Source of the DNA: Perkinsela sp. CCAP 1560/9
Lineage: Eukaryota; Protista; Euglenozoa: Kinetoplastea
Reading direction: 5' to 3'
Length of the DNA: 64,000 nucleotides
Assembly (NCBI GenBank): GCA_965644495.1
Contig: CBFFSA010000043.1
Location: 9,001 to 73,000 of the forward strand
In this document: in pieces, positions 22,548-35,519 of the stretch
How the letters are laid out: every line of letters starts with the position of its first letter
Numbering within the stretch: the first letter of the stretch is position 1
Made by a program: the position numbers and the translations under genes
The notes under the pieces: model-generated
Told to the model about the DNA's origin: nothing
Databases searched by the model: none
Seen by the model: only the letters and a program-made list of their open reading frames with translations

Positions 22548-24186
22548 TGGATCAGACGGAAAGTTACACGACAAAGTTTTCAGCACAGCAGGAGTTCGAC
22601 AGGGGTCTCCCCTTTCTACGCTTCTTTTCTGTACAATGATGCAACCCATCCTCGCAACGCTGGCCTTAGAATTTCCCTCGATCAAAATATTCGCATACAT
22701 AGACGACATAACCTTTGCTTCGGATGATCCTGCACTCCTAACGAAGGCATTTTATAGAGTGTGGGATTTGTTGAATGAAAGAAACATGCAAATGGCAAAT
22801 CATAAATGTGTGTGGTTCGGAGGAACGAAGGGCACGGAAATTCCGGAAGTTCTGCGAATGGCGCAAGTCAACGTAGAGAAGGACGCAATCAAGGTTCTCG
22901 GCGCTTACGTGGGAGAAGACGAAAAGGTAGATCCCCTACTACTAGAAAAGCTACAGAAACATAAAACAATTTTCCGTCGGTTAAGTCAGATGGGAGCGAG
23001 CAACGTATCTACTATCCTGCTCTCTAAATGTGTTAACATTCGTCATCGTTTTCATATTCGCACACACACACCGAACTCCTCTGAAGCGATGGCAAAGGAG
23101 TTTGACGGCGAAGTTGATAAAGTTCTGAAGACATGGTTCGGACCAATGACGCAAGATCAACTGGACTGGGCAAGGCTTCCCCTTCGTATGGGTGGGCTGG
23201 GCCTGCCTTCTACTGATGCACTCCGAGCCGCCGCGTACCAGGCGTCGCGCAGTGTGGCTTTTGAGCAGCCAAAATTCCTTTCAGCTCAAGTCACGCCTAG
23301 CGAGTCGGACACTGCACCTGTCGCTGAGATGACGGCAGTCGAAGTCAAGATGCACAAAGAAGTGAAGGAGCGCCTTCGGAAGAACAAGAAATTTGCAAGA
23401 ATCATGGACGCTACAACGAAGAAGGGTAGTTATACATGGATACAAGCAAACGAGCGACTCGTGCCGTCGCGGTAATTCACCTTAGCAGTAATGCCCCGCC
23501 TGGGAATGGGCCATCCACGTCTTCCCGAATCTCTCACCTGCCCCGGATGCAGAGTTCTTCTAAACAGTGCCACTGCCCTTACACATATTCCGGGTTGCGT
23601 CCGATGTGCGGGAATGAATACAACGGTAAAGCACAACGCACTAGTACGCTATATTCATAATATGTGTCTGCGTGCGGGTATTCCTTGTGAGTTAGAGCCA
23701 CGGCAATTCTCCACATATGTGTGCACATCATGCTCCGAGGTGATCCGAGAAGAACGTCGGCGAGAGCACATTGCGACATGCAAAGGCAGCACGCTACACC
23801 GTTCAGGGCCCGATTTGGTTATTTATTGGGCGACAGGTGAAATCTTCTATGATCTCACCGTCGTACACGATCTGGCACCATCTCTTGCGGGAACAACACC
23901 GGCGAAGGCAATCAAAGATGCGATCGCGCGGAAAAACACCAAATACGTCTCATCGAATATGTTCGCCGAGGAGCAATTCGCCTGTTTACCGGTGCTGTCA
24001 AGTGGCTCGTTGCACGCCCGAACTCGGGAGCTGCTACGGCTTCTGGCGGAAAAGATTTCTATTGAGCCCAGCAAGGTGGAAAACGATTTCATACTTCTCT
24101 TGCAGGAGATGAATGGAAACATTCTCCTAGGCCAGCTCAGAAAGTACCTGAGCCAAAGCCATGGGGACGATATTTGCGCTTTTTGA
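22548..24186 (+). pseudogene. 5'-truncated family B copy with in-frame TAA at 23473-23475
   Basis: GVRQGSPLS and YIDD. LVPSR*FTLAVMPRL aligns to LVPSRLFTLAVMPRF in the 37487 ORF. Confidence 0.85.
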
Positions 24187-24324
24187 TGGAATATGCAGTG
24201 AGAATCCGTGGTAGGAAGTCTCATAGTTTACGAAAAGAATTGTTTGAAGAGGATTCGCAGTTTATATCATACAATTATTAAGACAACGTTTAAAAAAAAA
24301 ATAATTCTGTAAAAAAAAAAATTT

Positions 24325-27300
24325 TGACAGGATGTGTAATACTATGACATGATGTCAGACCGAGGCCTCCTTTCTTTAGCGGCAGCCGAGACAATTCGAT
24401 TTGCTCTTTGGTCATTTCTCCCAACCACTGGTGCAGCACTTTTTCGACGTTGTTGTCGAAACTGAGAGAGACCGCGTCGGTTAACGTTGGCTCGTGCACT
24501 CTTATGGCGTATTGATGCCTCACATTCATGCTTTTGGAAAGTAGCAAAAGTGAGACATTGTTGGCGCCCATAAGTTTTAATCGGCGAAAGGCTTCGGTAT
24601 TCCTGACAAGCTGCTGAAACAAGCCCGACTTTACAGATTCATCTTCTCCAAGGTGTGCCCCAAGGATCTTTATAGAATCGTACGCAGCCTTGACCCCTTC
24701 ATTTGCAAGCTGTTCTGGAATCGGGATTTTTTCCTGCCCACCGAACCACACGCATTTTCCAGGAGCAAGTTCAATGTTGTGAGCATTCACCATTTCTTGG
24801 AGCCTTACAAATGCTTTGGCCAATGATTGTGAGTTTTTCGAAGCCATGTTCACGTCATCAATAAACGCATATATTTCGATGTCGGGAAACTCTTGTTTCA
24901 GAGTCTCCAATAGTGGCTGCAGGAAGGCGCAGTAGTATAGAGATGCCAGCGGGGAACCTTGCCGCAAACCACATGTGCTGGGAATGACTCCGAATAGCGT
25001 TCCATCGGATCCGTAATACAGTAGCTCTGAGGGTTGGCCGTATTCAGCGTGAAAGATCCGTTGAAATCCACGGCGAGGGCTCACAGCAGCATCAACGTGG
25101 CTCACAGCAGCATCAACTTGAAGCCAACGTCAACACCTTCATCTTGAGCGCCCTAACTCCCTTTCAGCTCGGTGAAGGAGAGACGGAGGAGTTCGGAATT
25201 GTGCCCACCAACGACGAGAGCCGTGAACTCTGTTTTTACAAGCGACATCTGGACGACCGCGTGGAGTGTGAAAACGAAACCATGGAGTGCTAAGGGACTA
25301 ACGCCCTAAGAAGGGCAATCAAGGGGAGAAGTGCTGTAGAAAGCATCGGGAATTAATAGACTTAAAGGATATGATTGTTTTAAGAGTTCTACTAGTTTTG
25401 GGTGCAAAAAAAAAAAAAAGCATCAAGTAAAGTTAAAATGATATAAAAATAGATATACTCATCAAGAAATAAGACTCTGAAAATAGTTCGCAGCCACGAA
25501 ATAGTTCGCATTACTCAGCCCTGAAATATGAGTTCACATGCAACTGAAATATGAGTCATGCAACTCGCCTCCCTTCCACAGTACCTAGGAGGACTCGGTT
25601 TAACTCCCTCCGTTTTGAAACATCGCTACTTCTTCGACACTGCCTCCAAATCTATTGATGAGCAAATTCAAACCACAAAAGCTCCGGTAGACGCGCGCAA
25701 GTCGAAGACTTCCACTCAGGAACGGCACGTCGCACTCCCTTTACTCAAGCAGCAAAAGGCCCGAAAACAAGCGTTGAAGTCCATAAAATTTGAGCAAAAG
25801 AAACTGTCAGAAGAGATTCGCAAAGATCCGCGACTCGACTCCATATTAAAACGGACAACATCATCCTTTAGTCATCTACAGTCTTCTTCTGGTTACATTA
25901 ATCCGTACCTCTTTCGATACGTAATTATGACTAGACTTGGGATCAAGCCTCCAACCTTAAATGACAAGATCGATTGCCCTGGATGTGCCGCCGAGGTTAG
26001 CTCTGCTCACATATTCCAACACATTGTCGGCTGTACTAAATGTAACGGAATGAACGCAACCAAGAAACACTCATATCTCGTCAGGTTCCTTGCGTCCCTC
26101 TGCTCGAAAGCTGGTGTCCCCTGTGTAGTAGAACCGCGCTCACATTCTTCCTTCTACTGTACCAAATGTAAAGCTCACGTTTCCGAGGGAGAGATAGAAA
26201 AACATCCCTGCCGTGCCCGCAGAATCAGATCAGGCCCCGATCTAGGAATCATGTGGCCTCACATAGGTGAAGTGCTGTATGACATTACAGTCGTCCACAC
26301 CGGAAGCCCAAGTTACCTAAAAATGACAGAAGCACAACTGCTGCAAAATGCTATTGAAAGGAAAAAGAAAAAGTATGTTTACTCTGGCGGAATAGAAGAT
26401 GATTATTTTAAATGCATTCCAATGACCGAGAGTGGTTTTCTTCATGAACATACACGAAAATTAATAACAGCTTTAGCGAAGAAAGCAAATCTGAATGTGA
26501 AAGAAGTAGTAGAGGCTTTTCAACTAGAGATTGAAAAGCTGAATGCGTACACGATTGTCACGCAATTACGCGACAGCCTACCAAAGGCCGCATGGCTAGG
26601 TTCTATCAATTCGTAGACCTACACAGCTGAAAGTTTTGATTGATTGATTGATCGATTAATGTAAACTTGAAAGAGTAATTTTGGTTCCGTCATAGTCAGA
26701 TGACGAAGTAAAAAATGTATTTGATAGTTTACGAGAGGAAATTTAGACGAGAACAAATACGAATTTGAAAAGACTCCTTTTTCTCGAATGGCCCTACGAG
26801 GCACATAATCTCCGAAAATTAAGAAGTTCACCTAAATATTTCCAAAATGAATGAAAAAAGGCCTTGCGCGCTATAACGTAAATATTAAATACTAGTAGTA
26901 CGAAGTGAAGGGGCTCAGCCCCCCACACCCCGCAGCCGAGGCTGGGGGTTGGTGGGTGGGCCTCGAAACTCGTATTACAGCTACAAAAAGGAAATAAAGT
27001 CTACTAAATATGTTGATGTTTGAAAGTCATAAACTGAAGAATATGAGAAAGAAGAAACTAATAATACATGTGCCCCGAAGGGCCATATCATAAGTTCATA
27101 TATTTATGTGCCCCGAAGGGCCAGGTTATTAAACGTAAATAGCCCTCGCCTAAATTTCATCTCGTAAACTATTAGAAACGGGCGTAGTGTACCAAAAGCA
27201 AATACGTGTTTGGCGATATCCGCCCTATTCGGGGAGTTGAAGGCATTTTTGGCGTCAATGGAAAGAATGACGTGTCCAGACTTAAAACGCTCATGCAGTC

Positions 27301-27795
27301 TATGAACGATTTTTTTTCGCATCCTGCCTTTGACGAAACGCCGTGTTGCAGTGGTGCAAAAAGAGGGCCCAAAGTGTGTTCGTAGCGCTGGAGCAATATA
27401 ACGCCGGCAAGCTTCATAAATATCTCGCCCATTGCCACTAGTCTGACTCCTCCGTTGGATTTAGGAATGGCTACGAGCCGTGCTCGGTTTAATCGAAACA
27501 AAACGCTGTGATCCACGAATCCGTTGATTAGATCCGATATCATATGGGCAAGATTAGTGCATGAAATCTCATCATCGAGCATGAGTTGCACAATCCCGTC
27601 TGTCATTCCAGTTGGGCCAGGGTTTACGCCTTTTGCGAGTCGCTTCCCAGCTTTCCGTAGCTCCTCCGTCATTATCCCGCTAATTATCGGCGCATCCTCC
27701 GGCAAAGAAACTTCGTATTGTCTTTGCGGATGTAAGGCGGCAAGCTTGTCAAGGGTCTCTTCATCCGTTAGTTGCTTTGATGATGATGATGTATT
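24325..27795 (-). pseudogene. Family B RT fragment interrupted by a 2.1-kb composite insertion (25063-27174)
   Basis: 27175 joins 25062 in frame to give FGTLRPF|QRIFHAEY. GLRQGSPL and FIDD are present. The insertion carries the same start and end motifs as the solo-repeat family. Confidence 0.8.
25558..26616 (+). mobile_element. C-terminal fragment of a divergent family B-like element (thumb, Zn fingers, RLE)
   Basis: LPQYLGGLG, CPGC..HIVGC, EPR..CTKC..HPC, SGPDLGIMW..YDITV. Confidence 0.82.
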
Positions 27796-27796
27796 G

Positions 27797-28281
27797 GGCC
27801 TTTCGACTCCGAAGAGTTATGGCCCCTCAACTCCCCAAACGGGCAGTCCGAATACGTCTTGCGACGTATCCGGAGAGCCAGCCATAGCAAGCTACGGCTG
27901 ACCTCCGCTTGGAGAGGAGTTAGGTTACAGCTAGGGAGGTGGGGTGCGCTATACCCCTGCACCTTAGGCAATGCAAATAAGGCGCCCCTTGACCAAAAAA
28001 ACCACTCTATCTTTTGAGGGTGGATAAAAAAAACACACAAACACATTCCAAAGATTAGCCCGAATGGCACCCACCCTAGTTTCTTAGTACCTTGTTATAT
28101 TCGGTACTGGGCGGTGCCACCCATTCTACGTTGCCAGAATGACATCCACCCTAATTATTTAGTGCCTCGTTTTACTGGCACCGGGTAGTGTCATCCATAT
28201 TGTCTTCGTTGTGCTCACCCTAGTTCTTTAGCGTCTTGTTATGCGACGCCGGGTGAGTTAGCTCGGGAAGTTGGGATCGCT
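27797..28281 (-). mobile_element. Structured SINE-like element, related to 36475-37431
   Basis: 27990-28281 aligns with 37115-37395. Three repeated hairpin modules, plus UUCG and GCAA tetraloop stems. Confidence 0.65.
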
Positions 28282-29033
28282 AATATTTGGTAAGCTAGCC
28301 GGCCTGATATTGCTGCAGAGGTATGAAAAAACGCTGGAACCCCTTTTCTCTCCAATGCAACAGGGGGTGTTTTCGCAGGCGGGGTGTGAAAGAATCGTCC
28401 ACAAGCTACGCGACCGATATCGAGACGGTCACACGATTCTATCTGTCGACATGAGGAATGCATTTAACGGCCAGGGGGGGCATTCGATGAAAATTCATCG
28501 AACGCACCGTGCGTTCGATGAATATTCATTGAACGGCGTCCCGTTCGATGACCAGGCGTCCCGTTCGATGAATATTCATCGAACGGGCAGTACGTTCGAT
28601 GAATCATTCATCCAACGGGCACTGCTGCACGAATTTTTCGTCTCGATTTTTTTTGGGGGGAATTTGAACATTACCATCTCGTTTACATGTCTGGAGGCAA
28701 GGCCCAACTGTCAGCGAAGCCCAAGTGTGCAAGCAAGGCCCCCGTCTGCGAGCAAGGCCCAACTGTGAGCGTAGCCCGCTTCTGGAGGCAAAAGCCCCCC
28801 TTTGCGAGCAAGGCCCAACTGTGAGCGTAGCCCTGGGACATAATTATATTTTTTGGCGACCCGCGCGCTCCATGCGGAGGTGGTGGATATTAGCACGGCG
28901 GGCGGATGAGTTGGCATCACGGCCTTCTTTTTCCATCGGGCACGAGGGAGCGGCAAAATCTCAGGAGCTACTCCTGATTCTTTTGCTTTGGAGCGTGTGA
29001 ACACTCCCATGAAAGGTAAAAAAAGTAAATAAT

Positions 29034-29072
29034 CAACAAGGTACAGAAACTGTATCTTTATCGTTAAAGATT
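29034..29072 (-). other. Complete 39-nt SL exon with non-poly(A) upstream flank
   Basis: Reverse complement is AATCTTTAACGATAAAGATACAGTTTCTGTACCTTGTTG, followed by a family B 5' end (MGVFTRSKAKE). Second copy at 30996-31034. Confidence 0.9.
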
Positions 29073-29368
29073 ATTGTACGTGTGCTTCTCTCTAGATTCG
29101 TGGGAAGCAATTTGCGAAGCCCAGCTACCTTGATAACAAATTTTAGTACCCATTTTGGCCGCGCGGGGGCCCCCGCGTGAGCGGGGGTGCGCGCGGCCGC
29201 GAAACGGCGAGGGCCCGCGTGAGCGGGCCTGAGCCGTACCCCGCGTAGGATTCCCCTGTGCGTCGTTAGTGGGAAGCAATTTGCGAAGCTCACTGAATTT
29301 CGTAGTTTTCGCTACGCAGGCGTTGTCAACGTATATAGTGAAGTGTAGGATACTGAACGCACGGAAAA
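29073..29368 (-). promoter_or_regulatory. Putative SL RNA gene upstream/promoter region
   Basis: Lies immediately 5' of SL +1. A 21-bp motif GCTTCGCAAATTGCTTCCCAC occurs at -28..-48 and again ~170 bp further upstream. Duplicated at 31035-31337. The promoter role is inferred. Confidence 0.4.
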
Positions 29369-30465
29369 TGAAAATCAAAAAAAATTCTTGGGTGTTCCAC
29401 AAAAGTCCTTGACATATGCAAAAGTCCTTGACTTGCACCGTAAATTTCCGTTCGTTGAGTACTCAACGAAAATCCGGCAGTTCGTTGAGTACAACGAACG
29501 TACCCCCAACCCAATATTTTTTGGGTCGCGCACTGAGGACCTGTGTCTGCCACTTCCGCAGGTTTGTGTATTTGTAAGTTATGATTTTATCTTTGTAAAC
29601 TTATGAGGCAATAGTTTTAAGAATCCTTCCGCTTTTTGATAACGTTTCGGATTTGTTTTTGTCTTACGGATCAAGGTAGCAGCCAGGAGCATGATGCAGA
29701 CCGAAACGAGCTTTTTTTTTACAAAAAAAAATGCGTTTTCATTCATCGAACAGGACATCCTGTTCGATGAATGATTCATCGAACGGGTCGTACTGCAATC
29801 CATTCATCGAACAGGATGTCCTGTTCGATGAATATTCATCGAACGCACTGTCCGTTCGATGAATATTCATCGAGTGCCCCCCCTCCCCCATTTAACACCC
29901 CTTCAAGGACCGAAATGGCCAAAAGCGTCTTTGCATTTGCAACACTCAAACCTTTCCAGAGGTTCTTCACCGCCGAATACTCCGAACCCTCTGACCTGCT
30001 GTATTTCGGTTCTGATGGCAATTTAGCGAGCATTATACCGAGTTCCGCTGGAGTACGACAAGGTTCTGCCTTAGCAAGTCTATACTTTTGTGTATTTTGT
30101 CAGCCGATCCTTGAAACGTTGGCCATGGAATTCCCTGGTGTAGAAATCAACGCTTACATCGACGATATAACTCTGGTTTCGCGAGACCCTAACGAATTAG
30201 AAACGGTGTTTTTCCGACTTAGAGATCTTCTCAAGCAGAAACGGGTGAGTCTCGCCGAGACGAAGTATGTGTGGTTTCAGGGAATGTCAGGAAACTCCAT
30301 ACCATGGTCTCTTCAACAGCAAGGTCTTAAAACAGAATCCGATGCCATTAAGATACTGGGTGCTCACATAGGTGAAAACGAATCGATTAGTGAAAGGCTC
30401 CTTCGACAGGTAAACAAACATGATGACGGGTTTAGGCGGCTAAAGAAAATGGGTATAAATAATAT

Positions 30466-31535
30466 GGCTCCACGGGCACTTCCGTGAGTTTTTGAGACAC
30501 TTCGATGATTTCTCACCGAAGTGCCTACGTGTCACAGGGTGACTCATCGAAACGTCAATCTTCTCATCGGAGGTGATTTTAATTGCTTTGGAAAGAAAAA
30601 AATCGAGAACATGAAAATAAGAAAGCGGCGACACTGAGAATCTGTGTCTGCCACTTCCGCAGGTTTGTGTATTTGTTTTCCTATACTACGACACCTAGTT
30701 TACGTGTCTGGAGGCAAGGCCCAACTTTGAGCGAAGCCCACTTCTGGAGGCAAAAGCCCCCTTTTGCGAGCAAGGCCCAACTGTGAGCGTAGCCCTGGGA
30801 CAGAATTATATTTTTTGGCGACCCGCGCGCTCCATGCGGTGGTGGTGGATATTAGCACGGCGGGCGGATGAGTTGGCATCACGGCCTTCTTTTTCCATCG
30901 GGCACGAGGGAGCGGCAAAATCTCAGGAGCTACTCCTGATTCTTTTGCTTTGGAGCGTGTGAACACTCCCATGAAAGGTAAAAAAAGTAAATAATCAACA
31001 AGGTACAGAAACTGTATCTTTATCGTTAAAGATTATTGTACGTGTGCTTCTCTCTAGATTCGTGGGAAGCAATTTGCGAAGCCCAACTACCTTGATAACA
31101 AATTTTAGTACCCATTTTGGCCGCGCGGGGGCCCCCGCGTGAGCGGGGGTGCGCGCGGCCGCGAAACGGCGAGGGCCCGCGTGAGCGGGCCTGAGCCGTA
31201 CCCCGCGTAGGATTCCCCTGTTCGTCGTTAGTGGGAAGCAATTTGCGAAGCTCACTGAATTTCGTAGTTTTCGCTACGCAGGCGTTGTCAACGTATATAG
31301 TGAAGTGTAGGATACTGAACGCACGGAAAATGAAAATCGCGCTGGCGCGCGGGTCGCGCACTGAGAACCTATGTCTGCCACTTCCGCAGGATTGTGTATT
31401 TGTTTTTTAGTCGAAAATGCAGCTACCACCTCAAAAGTAATTAAAAACACCTTCGATGAGTTTCTTTCGTTTCGATGATTTTCGTTTTGACACGTGGGCG
31501 TTTCGATGAGTACTCACGGAAGTGTCCTCGTACCC
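30466..31535. mobile_element. Second non-autonomous Merlin-like TIR element carrying the same SL cargo
   Basis: TSD AATAATAT at 30458-30465 and 31536-31543. Imperfect 24-bp TIR GG.T.C...G.CACTTCCGTGAGT. Confidence 0.78.
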
Positions 31536-32898
31536 AATAATATTTCTCTTCTGCTGCTGTCTAAATGCGTAAACTTTAGACTGCAATACCTCATGCGCGT
31601 TCACGAAGCGGACACCACAGACACTGCTACTGCGGAGTTTGATCAAAAAGTCGAGGATGTCGTGGAAGCCTGGTTCGGGCCGTTATCATCAAATCAAAAG
31701 AAAATCATCCGTCTTCCATTCAAAAAAGGGGGTTTCGGATTAACAGCCAGTAATCCCAATAGAGCGAATGCGTACGCTGCTTCGCGTTTTTCAGTTCTTG
31801 AGCGCCAAAGATCTTCTTCAGCTCGGACTGTAACAAACACCACAGCTGCACACAAATGCATTCCAAAGAAATCTAGTCTAAAAATTACACCTGTTGACGA
31901 CGAAACATCCAACGTGATTCAACATGAAAAGGATTGGAAAGAATTGCTGCTAAATCCCGAACTTAAGCCCATACTTCAAGCCACTTCTTTCAAAGGCAAC
32001 AACGACTGGCTCACGTCACATGTACGAAGTATACCGTCACACCTATTTAAGCTTGCGGTTATGCCTAGGCTAAATGCTCAACATCAAAATCTTCCGACCA
32101 ACCTTCTTTGCCCGGGATGTGGCATTGTTCTCGACAATCGGAATGCTCTGTCACATATCCCAGGATGCGTTCAATGCTCAGGATTCAATTCAACGGCGAA
32201 GCACAATGCACTTGTTACATTTCTACAGCGACTATGCCACAAAGCTGGATTGCCATGTGAAAAGGAACCCAGAGCTTTCTCGTCATGGAAATGTCTGCAG
32301 TGCAGAGATATAATTAGTCCAAGCAATCACGTAACTCATCAGAAAGTTTGCACTGGAAGACGGCTATGCCGATCCGGACCGGATCTCGTTATTTATTGGA
32401 ACAACGGCGAGGTATACTATGACTTAACCGTAATACACGAGCTTTCGCAGAGCAATAGGTCTAAAAAATGCATCCAACTAATCAACGACGCGATCAAAAG
32501 GAAACATAACACGTACGTGCAGACGAATATTATACGAGAAGAATGCTTCCAATGCTTGCCTGTTCTGTCCGGAGGTTCTTTACATCGCAACACGCAAAGT
32601 CTGATCCATGCGATAGCAGATGCCGCCTTACTAGACCGGCAGGGGGTTGAACAGGAGTTTAAACTACTGGTGCAGGAATTAAATGGCCTAGAAGTTTATT
32701 CCCACCTTCGGAAATACCTAAACGAAGAAGGCGCTACGCAGGAATTCAGTCTATAAATCAGCTCATTAGTTTTTATATCATAATACGAAATATTACACAG
32801 CTTGCAAAGTCGCGCAAGCCTTATATAAGCCTATTATATATAGCCTATTATATATAAGCCTTATCGTGATTACCCTTTTCGGTCAAAAAAAAAAAAAA

Positions 32899-33120
32899 AG
32901 CAGATGCCGCCTTACTAGACCGGCAGGGGGTTGAACAGGAATTTAAACTACTGGTGCAGGAATTAAATGGTCTAGAAGTTTATTCCCACCTTCGGAAATA
33001 CCTAAACGAAGAAGGCGCTACGCAGGAATTCAGTCTATAAATCAGCTCATTAGTTTTTATATTATAATACGAAATATTACACAGCTTGCAAAGTCGCGCA
33101 AGCCTTATATAAGCCTTATC
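32899..33120 (+). repeat. Short 3'-end retrocopy of the preceding family B element
   Basis: Repeats ~32615-32832 after a poly(A) run and has its own A tail at ~33147. Confidence 0.8.
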
Positions 33121-33217
33121 TCTGATCCGTCATTGTGGCAGAATGCAAAAAAAAAAAATCTTAATAAAAAAAAAAGATCGCTAAGTCCCATCATCCGACA
33201 TAAGCCGGATGCCCTGA

Positions 33218-34651
33218 AGTTAGTTGCTTTGGTGTAAAGGTCTGATCCAAGACCTTGGCCGCCTTAGAAGTACATCCATCCAATACTAGCCTTGTCGCTC
33301 GTTTGATGGCTCGTGTATCGCTCATTGTCTCCTCTTTTCGTTCACCGTCATCGGGCTCCCGTAACGGGCGCCGTCTTCGCCTTTTTCCACTGTTTTCTCG
33401 AACAGTCGCTAGGGATAACTTAATGGCTGATAGCAAACGGTGCCATATTTTTGTTCTTTGCGTGTGATCGGAATTTATATACTCCTGGACGATGTTCCTC
33501 AGCACCACGACAACACAGGGAGCGAGGTCAGGGCTTATTGAACGTAGCGTGGGTATTGGTAACAAATCCATTGATGAATCATCTTTGGCTTTTTCTGGAA
33601 AGTTCATCTGATGATTCTCCAGAAACGCATCCCTTTGCACAGTAGTATCGATCGCTGGCGGCGCTTGATGCCACGCTAGTTTATAGATCCGTACGTCCTC
33701 TTGTGGAGGTAAAACCCCGGAAAATTGTTCCCCAACTTTGTGACCAACAACGCCCCGATACGAGATAGATAACTTACCAAATCCTCCACGCTTACTATGT
33801 GTTCGAGTGACTTTGCCTATTGAGATGTTAAGCGCACCTTGTTTGTTAAATGTCCAGGCCACTGTACACATTGCGCCCGGTTTGATTTGCTTCGAATGCG
33901 TCCAAATCTCATCCAGCGAGGCCGGAAATTGTGACTCGGGCGTTACATTCTTCATCAGGTCAAAGGATTTATTCTCCTCTGTGCTTGGGTCGATTCCGAT
34001 AAACATGATCGCTGAATTTTTCTCGTTCTGTGACTTCGTTGCATTTGGCTCCCGCTCGGGTAATTCCGCATCGATTTTGGGACTTGATGGAGACCCCAAC
34101 TGAGAGAGAAGCTGATCACGTTGGTTCGTTTTTTTCATGGGAGTTTCGGGAGTGTTGCACTCAAAAAACTGACGTGGCTCATCTGACGGGGAAGACGGCT
34201 CTTCAGAAAAAACATCAAACTTGTGAACGTCGTGCACGTAACCATTACCGATCCATCTGTATCCTTCAAATCGAGGGTCTTTGGGATCTGGATTCATCTC
34301 GATGTTGGTTTCATTGGCGTCATTTGCTACCGTCGGCGGGGTATTCGTGTTCACTTGAGAATTCCCGTGATGTGATTTATGACATGTAACCGCAGTTCCA
34401 TTTGTCGTTTCCGCTGTCACGTTCTGGATCCTTATCCGAGTTGAATCATCCTCGTTTCGCAGTTTCACTGGTGATGGACTGTGGCTGCGATTAGGAAGTT
34501 GAGGCAGCTGAATGCTTTGCTGACTGCTTGCAATCGATGTCAAAGTTGAGACAGCTGCGCCGCACGTTTTCGCTGCCATGCCGCACGATTTCGTGATAAT
34601 GGAACTCCATCCATTTACTTGATACGGATGGCGGAGGTGGCGGAGTGGCAA
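33218..34651 (-). pseudogene. Family B N-terminal region fragment
   Basis: CTVAWTF..ALNIS.G.VTR..LPPQE.R.Y..W domain and RRRRP..AIKRATRLVL, homologous to 13350-14520. Cut by a SINE 5' end at 33177-33217. Confidence 0.82.
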
Positions 34652-35519
34652 GAATTCAAAGTTTGAAGCACATGGTGCTCAGACGGCGAGTTCAAACCCG
34701 TTCATCGCAATATTCCCGGCGGCCTCACTCTAAGAGGCTGGGATGATAACCGACTAGGCCCAGTACTCGGAGGACCGTCCCGGACCCTCCCCTCAGGGAA
34801 CCATCTCCCTTACCCGGCTTACACCTCTTGGGTAAGCTGTGTTGACGTGCAGTTCGTCGACGCAGCGTGTTGGCAACAGCACGTTGGTGCCGCCTTGGAC
34901 AAGCGGAAACTGGTAGAGGACGTCGGCCTCGGAACTTCCAAATATGTCTGTGAAGGGTCTGGCTTGCCAGTGACCATCCGGAGCAATCCGGAATGATGAT
35001 ACGGAGTTTTGCTAATAGGAGAAGATTGGACTATGCGCGGTGCTACCGAGGCGTTCTTTCGCTGAGCTTCTCGTTTTTCTTTCTGCATGCGTGTCCACAA
35101 ATCGTTGAACGTTTGCCTCCGAATGTTTGACTTTGAAATTGTAATTTTCATGGTTTTCTGAGACCTGATGTTTGGTGATTCTGATGCGACGTTTGGCGAA
35201 ACGTTTGTCGACGAGAGCGATGGTGGAAATTCTGAATCTTTTCGTGAAACCGCAACTGGTATTGTTCTTTGTGTCGTTTGTCCTTTGTGTCTTTTGTATA
35301 CCCCCCAGCCGCATACCCCACTTCTCCATCCACCGCTCCCCCCGCCAACTCCAGCGAACAAAGCAACGGTTAAAATACCCGCGAAATTGTTTTCGAAGGA
35401 CCTGTTTTCGAACCTTTTTTGTCGACGCGGCAAGAAAGCGACGGTAAACGCACCAGTTTTAGCAGATAGAATGCCACAAGATGCAGAAGAGGAAGGACAC
35501 CACGAGAAGAATAAGATGC

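Larger units (their letters stand above)
28469..29888. mobile_element. Non-autonomous TIR DNA transposon (Merlin-like: GG termini, 8-bp TSD) with long repetitive TIRs
   Basis: TSD CATTTAAC at 28461-28468 and 29889-29896. TIR GG..AGGGGGGGCA(T/C)TCGATGAA.ATTCATCGAACG, extended by palindromic TTCGATGAATATTCATCGAA repeats. Confidence 0.8.
28282..32756 (+). pseudogene. Family B element split by two TIR transposons
   Basis: Segments 28282-28468, 29897-30465 and 31544-32756 rejoin as DMRNAFN|TPSR and KMGINN|ISLLLL after one TSD copy of each insertion is removed. Confidence 0.88.

Noticed and set aside
26941-26960. Kinetoplast minicircle CSB-3/UMS (GGGGTTGGTG) insertion
   Set aside because: The match is partial and variable between copies, there is no ordered CSB-1/2/3 set, and the motif belongs to the split-repeat units.
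26722-27174. MITE with 30-bp TIRs
   Set aside because: The apparent TIRs are the 5' ends of two different split-repeat subfamilies facing each other. The 27174 start pairs with the end at 25063.
28480-28620. CRISPR-like palindromic repeat array (also 29740-29875)
   Set aside because: Spacers are very short and related to each other, the two clusters are the inverted ends of one TIR element, and there are no cas genes.
29034-29072. Functional SL RNA gene
   Set aside because: The exon is followed by retroelement sequence rather than a GT-starting intron. This is true of all SL copies in the window.
34672-34815. tRNA-like A/B boxes or an ingi/L1Tc-type ribozyme signature
   Set aside because: The box spacing is far too short, and similarity is limited to CAGTACTC, which is not enough to call.
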